DNA of 48,435 nucleotides from an uncultured Desulfobacteraceae bacterium (GTDB lineage: Bacteria > Desulfobacterota > DSM-4660 > Desulfatiglandales > B25-G16). Positions 1 to 9,400 of this stretch are shown here, in pieces; the first letter of the stretch is position 1, and each line of letters opens with the position of its first letter. Location: assembly GCA_964389665.1 (NCBI GenBank), contig CAYMFC010000002.1, positions 1 to 48,435 on the forward strand, written 5' to 3'. The position numbers and the translations under genes were made by a program. The notes beneath the pieces were generated by a model. It did no database searches and was not told the DNA's origin. It worked only from the letters and a program-made list of their open reading frames with translations.

Positions 1-247
1 GTCGAATGGCTTGTCGAACCATAGGCTGAAGACTGTTAGGAAATAACGGGGATACGGCGCATTTGGAAGCCGTGTTTGCTGCGGGAAGCTCCTGTTTCTT
101 CAATAAAATTTGGCACTAGTGCTCCTCTGATCACTTTAAGCCTTCAGTCTAAATCCCGCCGAAGGCGGGACTGACTACGTGAGTAGTCACAAATTTCTTG
201 ATAATGATACCGCGTAAAATGAATAACGTAAAGCAAGGAAGCAGATT

Positions 248-736
248 ATGAACGCTAGACCATTGGTTGGAGTAGTCATGGGCAGCACCTCAGACCGGGA
301 AGTAATGGAAGCATGTGTAAACACCCTGAAAGAGCTGGCGATCCCCTTCGAGGTAACCGTATCGTCTGCTCATAGGTCCCCTGAAAAAACCAGGGATTAC
401 GCGATCAGAGCGCGGGAAAGGGGAATAGAGGTCATTATTGCGGGTGCGGGGTGGGCAGCCCATCTCGCTGGCGTGCTCGCATCACACACCACGCTCCCGA
501 TCATCGGGGTACCCATCGATTCCTCGCCCCTCAGAGGAATAGATGCGCTGCTGTCAACAGTACAGATGCCTCCTGGCGTTCCTGTGGCCACTATGTCGGT
601 CGGCAGGGGCGGCGCGGTAAATGCCGCTGTCTTTGCAGCCCAGATACTGGCCCTCAAGCATCCTGACATCGCCAGGGGCTTAGATGACTACAGGAAAAAC
701 ATGCGATCAAGGGCCGAAGAGATCAATAAGGGATGA
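248..736 (+). CDS. purE: N5-carboxyaminoimidazole ribonucleotide mutase (PurE)
   Basis: The 162-aa ORF has PurE-type motifs: GVVMGSTSD, SAHRSPEK and IIAGAGWAAHLAGV. A purine-rich RBS (aaggaag) lies just upstream of the ATG. Confidence 0.92.
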   Translation: MNARPLVGVVMGSTSDREVMEACVNTLKELAIPFEVTVSSAHRSPEKTRDYAIRARERGIEVIIAGAGWAAHLAGVLASHTTLPIIGVPIDSSPLRGIDALLSTVQMPPGVPVATMSVGRGGAVNAAVFAAQILALKHPDIARGLDDYRKNMRSRAEEINKG

Positions 737-1395
737 TCGAGGTAGTCAAGATTTCTGAATCCGAGCCCCCACCAAGGGGCATTCAAAAGGCTGCTTCGAT
801 TATAGAAGAGGGGGGCGTCGTGGCATTTCCAACCGAATCCTTTTATGGGATTGGTGCAGCAGCCACCAACTCATCAGCACTCCGAAGGCTCTTTCGGGTC
901 AAGAAAAGGGATGCCTCCCTGCCCATCCTTATCCTTATCTCCTGTATCGATGAGCTATCCAGATACGCAGCCTCTATTCCGCCGGAAGCGTTCGAGCTTG
1001 GCAGGAGATTCTGGCCCGGCGGGCTCACCATGGTATTTGAGGCCTCTCAAGACTTGCCATCGCTGCTCACCGCAGGTACGGGGAAAATAGGGATCAGGAT
1101 ATCCGGTCATCCCGTGGCCTACGCCCTCACCCTTGCACTCAAGGTCCCTGTAACCGGAACGAGCGCTAATATCTCTGGAAACCCCCCTTGCACTAGGGCT
1201 GAGCAGGTGGTAGAATTGTTTTCCGGGGAACTCGATCTAATCCTTGACGGGGGCATCACAAAGGGAACTCATCCATCCACCGTTCTCGACGTTACCAGCA
1301 ATCCTCCACTGCTTATCAGGGACGGCATCATCAAGGCGGAAGAGATAATCGCAAGCGGCATTTACAGCGAAATACTCACCTCAATCCAAGGGTAA
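733..1395 (+). CDS. tsaC: L-threonylcarbamoyladenylate synthase (YrdC/Sua5-type, TsaC family)
   Basis: The 220-aa ORF has YrdC-fold motifs VVAFPTESFYGIG, KKRDASLPILIL and TGTSANISG. Its start overlaps the purE stop (ATGA). Confidence 0.85.
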   Translation: MIEVVKISESEPPPRGIQKAASIIEEGGVVAFPTESFYGIGAAATNSSALRRLFRVKKRDASLPILILISCIDELSRYAASIPPEAFELGRRFWPGGLTMVFEASQDLPSLLTAGTGKIGIRISGHPVAYALTLALKVPVTGTSANISGNPPCTRAEQVVELFSGELDLILDGGITKGTHPSTVLDVTSNPPLLIRDGIIKAEEIIASGIYSEILTSIQG

Positions 1396-1406
1396 GGGAA
1401 TACGGG

Positions 1407-2282
1407 ATGGCGAAACATATCACAATCACCATCATTACCGGTCTTTCAGGATCTGGAAAGACTACCGCGATAAACGCCCTCGAGGATGCGGGTTTCTTCT
1501 GCATCGACAACCTGCCGGTGATCCTCCTACCGAGCTTCCTGAAGCTCAAATCCAAGGCCGATTCAGAGGTGACCAAACTCGCTTTGGTAATGGATCTGAG
1601 GGAACGGGAGTTTCTCCAACAATATCCTGAAATCTTTCAAGACCTAAGCGATGAGGGGTACCTCTTTGAGATTATCTTTCTCGAGGCCTCCACGGAGACC
1701 CTGCTCAGAAGGTACAGCCAAACGCGCAGAAAGCATCCCCTCAGCGAGGGCAAAAGCGTTCTTGAGGGCATCGAGGCTGAACGAGAGGCCTTGAGAGATT
1801 TGAGAGATTTGGCTGATCTCGTAATCGATACCTCGAATTACAATGTTCACCAACTCAAGGAGATTATCCTGACCCATGCCCTCAAAGAGGTGCCTGGAAA
1901 GAGGATGAGGCTATACATCCTGTCCTTCGGCTATAAGTACGGCATTCCCTATGATGCCGATATCGTGATTGATGTGAGGTGCCTGCCGAACCCCAACTTT
2001 GTAGAGGGATTAAAAGACCTTAACGGGACATCCCGCGAGGTAGAGGAGTATATGGACGGGCAGGGGGAAACCCAGCACTTCCTCAAGAAATACCTGGAAC
2101 TCCTTCTCTTCCTTATCCCTCTCTATGAAAGAGAGGGGAAATCATCTTTGACCATTGCGGTAGGATGTACGGCTGGACGGCATAGGTCGGTAAGCATCGC
2201 AGAAACGATCTTTAATGAGCTGAAGAAAGCCAACAACATCATCACGGTAACACACAGGGATATCGGATTGGAGAGACCATGA
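1407..2282 (+). CDS. rapZ: RNase adapter / nucleotide-binding protein RapZ (YhbJ)
   Basis: The 291-aa ORF has an N-terminal Walker A (GLSGSGKT) followed by FCIDNLP. It also has the C-terminal GCTAGRHRSV motif typical of RapZ. Confidence 0.9.
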   Translation: MAKHITITIITGLSGSGKTTAINALEDAGFFCIDNLPVILLPSFLKLKSKADSEVTKLALVMDLREREFLQQYPEIFQDLSDEGYLFEIIFLEASTETLLRRYSQTRRKHPLSEGKSVLEGIEAEREALRDLRDLADLVIDTSNYNVHQLKEIILTHALKEVPGKRMRLYILSFGYKYGIPYDADIVIDVRCLPNPNFVEGLKDLNGTSREVEEYMDGQGETQHFLKKYLELLLFLIPLYEREGKSSLTIAVGCTAGRHRSVSIAETIFNELKKANNIITVTHRDIGLERP

Positions 2283-3538
2283 GAGAAGGGCGACGATACA
2301 CAAAGGCCCAGCAGCTGATCGGCAAAGGTGTGAGGATTCCCAACCCTGAGTCTATCGCCATAGGGGAGGAGGTATCCCTTGAGGGAATATCGGGCGATGG
2401 AGTGGTAATCCATGCCGGCTCTAAGATATTCGGTGAAACAACGGTTATCGCGGAGGGCTGCGAGCTCGGGCTCGAGGGACCAGTGACGATCGAGAATTGT
2501 CAGCTGGGGCCCAGGGTGAGCCTAAAGGGGGGCTATTTCTCAGGTTCAACCTTTCTCGAAAGGTCGAACATGGGTTCAGGCGCTCAGATTCGGTCCGGGT
2601 GTCTCTTAGAGGAAGAGGCCAATGGCGCCCATACCGTGGGCCTGAAGCAAACCATACTGCTGCCCTTCGTCACTTTAGGAAGCCTCATAAACCTCTGCGA
2701 CTGCCTCATGGCCGGTGGCACCAGCCGAAAAGATCACAGCGAAGTTGGAAGCTCATACATACATTTCAACTACACACCGGACCAGGATAAGGCAACCCCG
2801 TCTCTCATCGGTGATGTGCCCAGAGGGGTCATGATCAATCAAAGGCCGATCTTTCTCGGAGGACAGGGTGGCCTGGTTGGGCCGGTGAGAATAGGATTCG
2901 GAACCGTGATCGCCGCCGGCACTATCTACCGAAAGGATTTCCCTCAGGGCAATGGGCTCCTCTTTTCCCAGGCATCGATAAAAAAACAGCAGCCTCACTA
3001 CCCCCTTCTATATCCCGGCATTAAAAGATTAATTAAAAATAATATCAACTACATAGCCAATATCATTGCCTTAAAACAATGGTATCTCGATGTCCGCTCG
3101 TGCTTCTTTGTATCCACGAAATACCAGGAGGCCCTCTACAAGGGAGCTCTGGAGAAGCTAGAGATGGTCATCAACGAGAGGATCCACCGATTAGGGCACG
3201 TTGCCGAAACGATGCCGCTCTCTACTGAGGTTTACAATAGGGTGATGCAGGAGAAGGCATCCCAAAAAAACATACAGCTCAGAAGGGAGTTCTTCGAGCA
3301 ATGGGCTCGGCTGAAGGACTTTCTTGAGAACTGCTCCCATATAACGGGTGTCCAGGAAAAGAGGGATGGCTTTTTAGAGCTCGTCCCCAGGATGATACGC
3401 GAAAGGGGCAGGGATTACCTCGAAGTCATCAAGGCCGTGGACAATGAGGGGGCAGCCCTGGGCACTGAATGGCTCCAGGGATTAGTGGATGAGATCAACA
3501 CAGGGGCAGCGAAGATTATCCCCTCCCTCACCTCCTGA
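2279..3538 (+). CDS. Left-handed beta-helix (hexapeptide-repeat, acyltransferase-like) protein with C-terminal helical domain; function unknown
   Basis: The N-terminal half of the 419-aa ORF carries repeated [LIV]-G-x4 hexapeptide periodicity (VVIHAGSKIFGETTVIAEGCELGLEGPVTIENCQLGPRVSL...GGLVGPVRIGFGTVIAAGT). Its start overlaps the rapZ stop (ATGA). Confidence 0.6.
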   Translation: MREGRRYTKAQQLIGKGVRIPNPESIAIGEEVSLEGISGDGVVIHAGSKIFGETTVIAEGCELGLEGPVTIENCQLGPRVSLKGGYFSGSTFLERSNMGSGAQIRSGCLLEEEANGAHTVGLKQTILLPFVTLGSLINLCDCLMAGGTSRKDHSEVGSSYIHFNYTPDQDKATPSLIGDVPRGVMINQRPIFLGGQGGLVGPVRIGFGTVIAAGTIYRKDFPQGNGLLFSQASIKKQQPHYPLLYPGIKRLIKNNINYIANIIALKQWYLDVRSCFFVSTKYQEALYKGALEKLEMVINERIHRLGHVAETMPLSTEVYNRVMQEKASQKNIQLRREFFEQWARLKDFLENCSHITGVQEKRDGFLELVPRMIRERGRDYLEVIKAVDNEGAALGTEWLQGLVDEINTGAAKIIPSLTS

Positions 3539-3621
3539 GAGACTCCCCCTGAAAAAATGGCTTTCCATAGTTCCGCTGCAGGCAAAACTGGTGATCCGCG
3601 TGTGTCTGTGTGCGGGAAACC

Positions 3622-5148
3622 TCACTGGAGGCTTATTTCATATCGCTCGATATAAAAATCGTCTTTTCCCGCTATGATGATACGCCTGTTGATGCTTTTC
3701 TCCAATTCCATAACGGAATAACGCTCTTCCTCCTTCAACACCTTTTCTATCTCAGGGCTTACCAGGAGATACAGCTTTCCCTCGTCACCGGACACGGATT
3801 CCCTCTCAAGATCCCTGAAAATGTCGTAGCAAATCGTAGTCGGCGACTTCAGCCTGCCTTTTCCCTCACAGTACGGGCAAGGCTCGGTGAGGAACAGGTT
3901 TATGTCCTCTTTGGTCCTCTTCCTCGTCATCTCGATCAATCCTAATTCCGACATCCTCAAGACCGCCGTCTTCGCCTTATCCTTTTCCAAGGCCTCCTTG
4001 AGCGCATAGAAGACCTTCTCCTTGTCCGCCTCCTTGTTCATGTCTATGAAGTCAATGACGATCAATCCCCCGATATTCCTCAACCGTATCTGGTAGGCAA
4101 TCTCCTTTACGGCCTCGAGGTTCGTTTTTACGATAGTCTCCTCTAAATTCCTCTTCCCCACGTAACTCCCGGTATTCACGTCTATCACCGTGAGGGCCTC
4201 CGTTGAATCGATAACGATATATCCCCCTGATTTTAACCATATCTTCTTTTCCAAGGCCCTGTTTATGTCTATCTCAATGCCATAAGCATCGAATATAGGT
4301 TCCCGGCCCTCATAGAGCTCGACCGAGTACCGGAGGGTAGGGGCAAAGGTCTCGATGAATTCCATGACCGATCGATATTCCTCCCGTGAGTCGATTACCA
4401 ACCTATCGATCTCCTTGGTAAAGAGGTCCCTCACCGCCTTGAGCGTGATCGTTAACTCTCTGTGAAGGATGCTGGGCGCAGAACCTGCATCCCTCTTCTT
4501 CTGAATGTTCGCCCACAATTTGGTCAAAAACTCCATCTCGGACTTGAACTTTTCCTTAGGGGACTTCTCGCTCACCGTTCTCACGATAAAGCCTTCCCCG
4601 GGAGGGGATAACTCCTCCATGATCTTCTTTAACCTCGCCCTCTCCTTCTCGTTTTCTATCCTTCGTGAAATGCCGATGTGATTCACAGTGGGCATATATA
4701 CGAGGTGCCGTCCAGGAAGGGTAATGTGAGAGGTCAACCGGGCACCCTTGGTGCCCATAGGCTCCTTGGACACCTGTACCATGATATCCTGGCCCTCCTT
4801 TAAAAGGCCCTCTATGTTAACATCGAAGCCCCTCTGGAACCGCATTCGCAAGGGAGTACCTATCTCTTGATTGTTTTCATCCTCACCCTCCTGCATCATA
4901 ATTTGCTCCCACTGGCGAACATCATTGTAGATGTCTGTTACATACAGAAAGGCCGGCTTATCAATACCGATATCTACGAATGCAGCCTGCATTCCGGGCA
5001 GGACCCTAATCACCCTCCCGAGATAGATGTTTCCCAAAAGCTCTTGCCCGGAACCTCTCTTGAGATGAATTTCGACGACGGTCCCGTTCTCCACCAAGGC
5101 CACTCGGGTTTCATGTGGTCTCGCGTTTATAATCAGTTCATTGGTCAT
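3622..5148 (-). CDS. rng: Rne/Rng-family ribonuclease (RNase G-like)
   Basis: The 508-aa ORF has an N-terminal S1 domain (GNIYLGRVIRVLPGMQAAFVDIG). It also has RNase E/G catalytic-core motifs (TEALTVIDVNTG, IGGLIVIDFIDM). Confidence 0.88.
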   Translation of the reverse strand: MTNELIINARPHETRVALVENGTVVEIHLKRGSGQELLGNIYLGRVIRVLPGMQAAFVDIGIDKPAFLYVTDIYNDVRQWEQIMMQEGEDENNQEIGTPLRMRFQRGFDVNIEGLLKEGQDIMVQVSKEPMGTKGARLTSHITLPGRHLVYMPTVNHIGISRRIENEKERARLKKIMEELSPPGEGFIVRTVSEKSPKEKFKSEMEFLTKLWANIQKKRDAGSAPSILHRELTITLKAVRDLFTKEIDRLVIDSREEYRSVMEFIETFAPTLRYSVELYEGREPIFDAYGIEIDINRALEKKIWLKSGGYIVIDSTEALTVIDVNTGSYVGKRNLEETIVKTNLEAVKEIAYQIRLRNIGGLIVIDFIDMNKEADKEKVFYALKEALEKDKAKTAVLRMSELGLIEMTRKRTKEDINLFLTEPCPYCEGKGRLKSPTTICYDIFRDLERESVSGDEGKLYLLVSPEIEKVLKEEERYSVMELEKSINRRIIIAGKDDFYIERYEISLQ

Positions 5149-5157
5149 AGATAAAGC

Positions 5158-7662
5158 TTAGGCAAGCATGCCTTTCGTTTTCAACACCCGTATCTCCTCT
5201 GCCTGGCTGTCGGTGAGCGAGAATATCTCACCGATAATCTCTGATGGCTTCATCTCCGGGCCGCCGTCATGTCTTACGACCATCTCGATCTCGTTACCGG
5301 ATAAAAGCTGCAATCCTTTCACCTGGGATCTGATATCGATGGTACGTTCCATGTTTCCCCTCTTCTGGACCACAGGACATGCGGATAGTCTTAAGAACCG
5401 AATCATATCCTCCTCTTTGACAGATCCACGAACGCTTACCTGGAACGTGCTTTCCTTCACCTGGGGAGGGTGCTCTTTGGGAAACACTTCCTCAATGGTT
5501 AGGACCCTGATACCGGCTGGAAGCTCTCGGTTGACCAGATCGATTGTTCGACGGATATTCCTGCTATCGTACAGGGAGAGATCCACCACCTCATCCAGGC
5601 TCTCCACCCCCACCGGTAATGCCGTTGCAAAGGAAACCCTCGGCATGGGATGGTAGCCCCTTGAGTAAACCATGTTTATCCCGGCCCTCCTGAATGCCCG
5701 TATGAATAATCTCATAAGCTCTAAATGGCTCAGGTATCGTCCTCTCTTTAGTTTCGTGAAATGGATCCGAAACCTTCGTATGCGGCCCTCCGTCTTTGAC
5801 TTAGAGGGAAAAAACTTCCCTAATGATGTATCCCCGTTGAACAGTACCGGTGAAACCGACAGCTCTTCGCACACGCCGCAGTTGGAGCACTGTTCCCTGC
5901 AGTCCTGCGTTGCCTCTCCCCTCTGTGCCTTCAGCCATTCATCCAGCAAGAATTCCTTTGAGATACCGGAGCTTATATGCTCCCAAGGCAGGACTTCTCC
6001 CTCATCCCTCTGCCTCAGGAGGTAGAAATCGGGATCAAGGCCGTGTCTTTCAAAGGCATTCCTCCATGTGTCCAGGTTGAGATGCTCGCTCCAACTATCG
6101 AAACGCGCGCCCTGGTTCCATGCATCGATGAGCACATCAGTCAATCTCCTATCCCCCCTCGAGAAAATGCCCTCCAGCCAGCTCGCCTCCGGCTTATTCC
6201 ACTTAACCTTTACCTTTTTCCCGTGAAGCCTGTCTCTGATGGAGTTAATCCTTCGCTTGCCCTCTTCGAGCTCGAGTTGGGGCAGCCATTGAAAGGGGGT
6301 GTGGGACTTGGGGACAAAGGCGGCAACACTCACGTTCAGGACATTGTGCCGTCGTCCTCTGGGCCCAAGCCGCGCTATCTTTTTGCTCAGCTCGACAAGA
6401 GCCTCAATATCGTCCTCCTGCTCCATTGGAAGGCCGATCATGAAGTATAGTTTGATCAGGCTCCATCCTGCCGCATAAATCTCACGAGCGGTACGCAAGA
6501 TCTGCTCCTCGGTCAACCCCTTGTTGATCACGTCTCTCATCCTCTGGCTTCCGGCCTCAGGCGCAATGGTAAAACTGGTTTTTCTGACCCTTTTGATCTC
6601 CTCCATCAACGGCGACATGATCCCGTCTGCCCTCAGAGATGAGAAGCTCACGGCCACACGATCATTCGCGACCCTTTCCATCAACTCGCTTACCAAGGGC
6701 ACTACACAGCTATAGTCCCCCGAGCTCAAGGAGAGCAGCGACAGATCCTCGAATCCCGTTTGTTGAAGGCCATGCTCCGCGATGCGTACGATCTCTTGAG
6801 GGTTCCTTTCCCTCACCGGCCTGTAGATCATTCCTGCCTGGCAAAACCGACACCCCCGGCTGCAACCCCTCGCAATCTCTATAGTGAACCGGTCGTGAAC
6901 CGGTTCGGCAATGGGAACTATCTGCCTTGAGGGAAAAGGATAGGAGTTGAGGTCAGGAATTACTGCCTTTTCAACCCTCCTGTAGCCCGGCCGTAAGCCC
7001 TCTATCCGCTCCACGATGCCCTGGGTGTTATAACGTACGGAAAAGAACGATGGTATATAGACCCCTCGTATCGTTGCGAGCTCCTCCAGCAACTCTAGCT
7101 TGCCCTTCCCGCCAGCCTGTTTCCACTCCCTCACAGCCTTACAAATATGGACCGCTACCTCCTCCCCATCACCCACCACGATCGCGTCAAAGAGGGTGGC
7201 CACCGGCTCCGGATTGAAGCAAGCAGGGCCACCTGCTATTATCAAAGGCTCATTCGATCCCCTCTGCTCGGACAAAAAGGGAATACCCGCGAGATCGAGC
7301 ATCGTCAGGATGTTGGTATAGCAGAGCTCATGTTGCAGGCTGAAGCCTATGAGGTCAAATTGTGATAGCGGCCTTCCCGACTCGAGGGAGCTGAGGGGGA
7401 GGGCTCTCCGTCTCAGCTCTTGCTCTAGATCGGCCCACGGGGCGAACACCCGCTCTGCCGCAAGCCAGTTCAGGGAGTTGAGGATATGGTAGAGTATCTT
7501 GAGCCCCACGTGGGACATTCCAATCTCATACACATCTGGAAAGGCCAACGCAATAGAGACCTCCACATCTTCTGGGGCTTTGATGATTGCGTGGGTCTCA
7601 CCCCCGAGGTACCTGCTCGGATGTTTTATCCTTGAAAACCACGTGTGCTGTGATATATGCAT
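5158..7662 (-). CDS. Fused radical SAM protein (TIGR03960-like B12-binding-type radical SAM + DUF2344/TIGR03936-like C-terminal domain)
   Basis: The 834-aa ORF has a CxxxCxxC cluster, CSRGCRFCQAG. The N-terminus (SRYLGGE...ALAFPDVYEIGMSHVGLKILY) resembles the TIGR03960 family. The C-terminal roughly 220 aa (RFRIHFTKLKRGRYLSHLELMRLF...) resembles the partner protein that is usually encoded separately. The gene lies 9 bp upstream of rng. Confidence 0.82.
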   Translation of the reverse strand: MHISQHTWFSRIKHPSRYLGGETHAIIKAPEDVEVSIALAFPDVYEIGMSHVGLKILYHILNSLNWLAAERVFAPWADLEQELRRRALPLSSLESGRPLSQFDLIGFSLQHELCYTNILTMLDLAGIPFLSEQRGSNEPLIIAGGPACFNPEPVATLFDAIVVGDGEEVAVHICKAVREWKQAGGKGKLELLEELATIRGVYIPSFFSVRYNTQGIVERIEGLRPGYRRVEKAVIPDLNSYPFPSRQIVPIAEPVHDRFTIEIARGCSRGCRFCQAGMIYRPVRERNPQEIVRIAEHGLQQTGFEDLSLLSLSSGDYSCVVPLVSELMERVANDRVAVSFSSLRADGIMSPLMEEIKRVRKTSFTIAPEAGSQRMRDVINKGLTEEQILRTAREIYAAGWSLIKLYFMIGLPMEQEDDIEALVELSKKIARLGPRGRRHNVLNVSVAAFVPKSHTPFQWLPQLELEEGKRRINSIRDRLHGKKVKVKWNKPEASWLEGIFSRGDRRLTDVLIDAWNQGARFDSWSEHLNLDTWRNAFERHGLDPDFYLLRQRDEGEVLPWEHISSGISKEFLLDEWLKAQRGEATQDCREQCSNCGVCEELSVSPVLFNGDTSLGKFFPSKSKTEGRIRRFRIHFTKLKRGRYLSHLELMRLFIRAFRRAGINMVYSRGYHPMPRVSFATALPVGVESLDEVVDLSLYDSRNIRRTIDLVNRELPAGIRVLTIEEVFPKEHPPQVKESTFQVSVRGSVKEEDMIRFLRLSACPVVQKRGNMERTIDIRSQVKGLQLLSGNEIEMVVRHDGGPEMKPSEIIGEIFSLTDSQAEEIRVLKTKGMLA

Positions 7663-7697
7663 ACTTCCCTGATGCGCTCCTGCTTTTTCATGAAAAC

Positions 7698-9389
7698 CTA
7701 TCCGGTTAGTTTCTCTACAGAGAGCGGCAAAACGATGGAGATTGCAGCGCCTCCGCCTTGAAGATTATAGCCTGAGACCTCACCGCCGAGATTCTCCACG
7801 ATCTTCTTCACGATGGCCAACCCTAACCCAGAACCATCCTTCTTGGCCGTGGAAAAAGGTTTAAACATATCCTCGATAACCGATAGGTCGATGCCAGGCC
7901 CCGTATCCTCCACCTTGATCCTCACCGCCCTTTCCGCTTCTTTCGAGTTACTGGAACCGCTCTCGCTCTCCATTCTCACGCGGACCATTCCCCCATTGGG
8001 CATTGCCTCATAGGCATTCATGAGGACGTTCCAAAATACCTGTTTAAGTTGTTGAGGATCCGAGGCAATCGTCAACGGCCTTTGAAAGGTGGTCTCTACC
8101 TCTATCTTTTGTGACCACTTCTGGCTTGTCTGAAAGAGGTAGAGAGTATCCTTGATCAATTTATTGAGGTCGAATTCCTCAATCTTAGACCTCTGTGGTC
8201 GAGCGAATTGTAAAAAATCGCTCACCAGGTGGTTTAACCTGTCAACTTCCCTCAACACGATGTCCATGAGCCTATTGTTGACATGGGGCTTCTCCTTGGA
8301 CAGGCTATCGTTTAATACCTGAATCGAGCCGCTTATTGAGGCCAAGGGATTTCTTATCTCATGAGCTACCCCGGCTGCTAATTCCCCGAGCATGGCCAAG
8401 TTCTCCACCCTCTTCACCTCTCGCTCCATCTCCATGAGGTGGGTGGTATCCTGGAAGATAAGGATCTCCCCCCTTGTATTCCCATCCTGCCCTTGCAGGG
8501 GGGAAACGTTTAAGAGGAGATCGAGCCGTTGGTTATCATTGCCCTTATAGACGAGCTGGCATACCGTATTCGGGCTATCCCCCCTCAGGTACGGTGTGAC
8601 AAAGGGGAGCACCTCGCTCACCTCCCTTCGCATGACATCCCTTGAATGAACCCGGAATATCTCCTCAGCCCCCTTGTTAAAGGCAAAGATCTTGTTGTGC
8701 TCATCCACCGCTATGAGACCCGAGGAGATGCTCTGAACGATATTCTCCTTCAGCATCTCCAGATCGGCGAGATCCCTCTGTCTGTCCCTAAGCTCGGCCC
8801 TGCCTTTACGAATCTGCTCCGAAAGAAAGCTGCTCAGTATGGCTACCAGGTAAAAGGCCGCCCCATTCACAAGAATCATGTAGAAGATCTCGCTTACCTG
8901 GTATTCGTAGACGTAAGGATGATGATATCCCAAGGGATTGATTAACCCGTAGTAGCTAAAATCGAGGAATGCGCCGTAGAGAATGGTGCTGAAGGAGGCT
9001 ATTATCAGCCCCCCCCGACGATAGAGCAGGATCGCACCTGCGATGATGTTCAATTGATAGAGGAATGAGAAAATGCTGTCGATTCCGCCTGTAGTATAGA
9101 TGATTGCGGTAATGAAGATGGTGTCTATGAGAAGCTGAAAGTAGGCAAACCTTGCGAGATTTTTTATGTACTTAAGGACAACTACGTAACAAAACGTGAG
9201 AAAATAGATGAGCGCGACGAGCACGTAGTGGGCATTGAGTATCTCCCCGAAGTAGGCCTTTGTTTCCTGGACCTGGATGATTATCGCAACGCCCAGCAGC
9301 AGGGAAACGAGCCCCACCCGTACGAACATCATCAGCTGAAGTCGAGACAGTGTCTCCTTCTGGGCATAGTCTCGTTCCGCTTTGACCAT
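7698..9389 (-). CDS. Membrane sensor histidine kinase, PilS-like (multi-TM N-terminus, PAS, HisKA, HATPase)
   Basis: The 563-aa ORF has a hydrophobic N-terminal third. It has the H-box HEIRNPLASI, the N-box NVLMNAYEAM and G-boxes DTGPGI and GSGLGLAIV. It sits directly downstream of pilC. Confidence 0.85.
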   Translation of the reverse strand: MVKAERDYAQKETLSRLQLMMFVRVGLVSLLLGVAIIIQVQETKAYFGEILNAHYVLVALIYFLTFCYVVVLKYIKNLARFAYFQLLIDTIFITAIIYTTGGIDSIFSFLYQLNIIAGAILLYRRGGLIIASFSTILYGAFLDFSYYGLINPLGYHHPYVYEYQVSEIFYMILVNGAAFYLVAILSSFLSEQIRKGRAELRDRQRDLADLEMLKENIVQSISSGLIAVDEHNKIFAFNKGAEEIFRVHSRDVMRREVSEVLPFVTPYLRGDSPNTVCQLVYKGNDNQRLDLLLNVSPLQGQDGNTRGEILIFQDTTHLMEMEREVKRVENLAMLGELAAGVAHEIRNPLASISGSIQVLNDSLSKEKPHVNNRLMDIVLREVDRLNHLVSDFLQFARPQRSKIEEFDLNKLIKDTLYLFQTSQKWSQKIEVETTFQRPLTIASDPQQLKQVFWNVLMNAYEAMPNGGMVRVRMESESGSSNSKEAERAVRIKVEDTGPGIDLSVIEDMFKPFSTAKKDGSGLGLAIVKKIVENLGGEVSGYNLQGGGAAISIVLPLSVEKLTG

Positions 9390-9400
9390 GGTTTCCTATA

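Noticed and set aside
111-116. TGGCAC at 111-116, and GTGCCA at about 48066-48071 on the other strand, could be sigma-54 -24 elements.
   Set aside because: The -12 TTGC element is missing at the required spacing in both cases. Neither site is well positioned relative to a start codon.
146-175. A hairpin TCCCGCC-GAA-GGCGGGA (154-170) lies upstream of purE and could be a terminator or riboswitch fragment.
   Set aside because: It has a 7-bp stem with no following U-tract. The upstream gene is outside the window, so there is too little context to call it.
1791-1808. A tandem 9-nt duplication, TTGAGAGAT x2, lies inside rapZ.
   Set aside because: It is in frame, encodes LRDLRDL within a helical linker, and has only two units. 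It is not a repeat element or a phase-variation tract.
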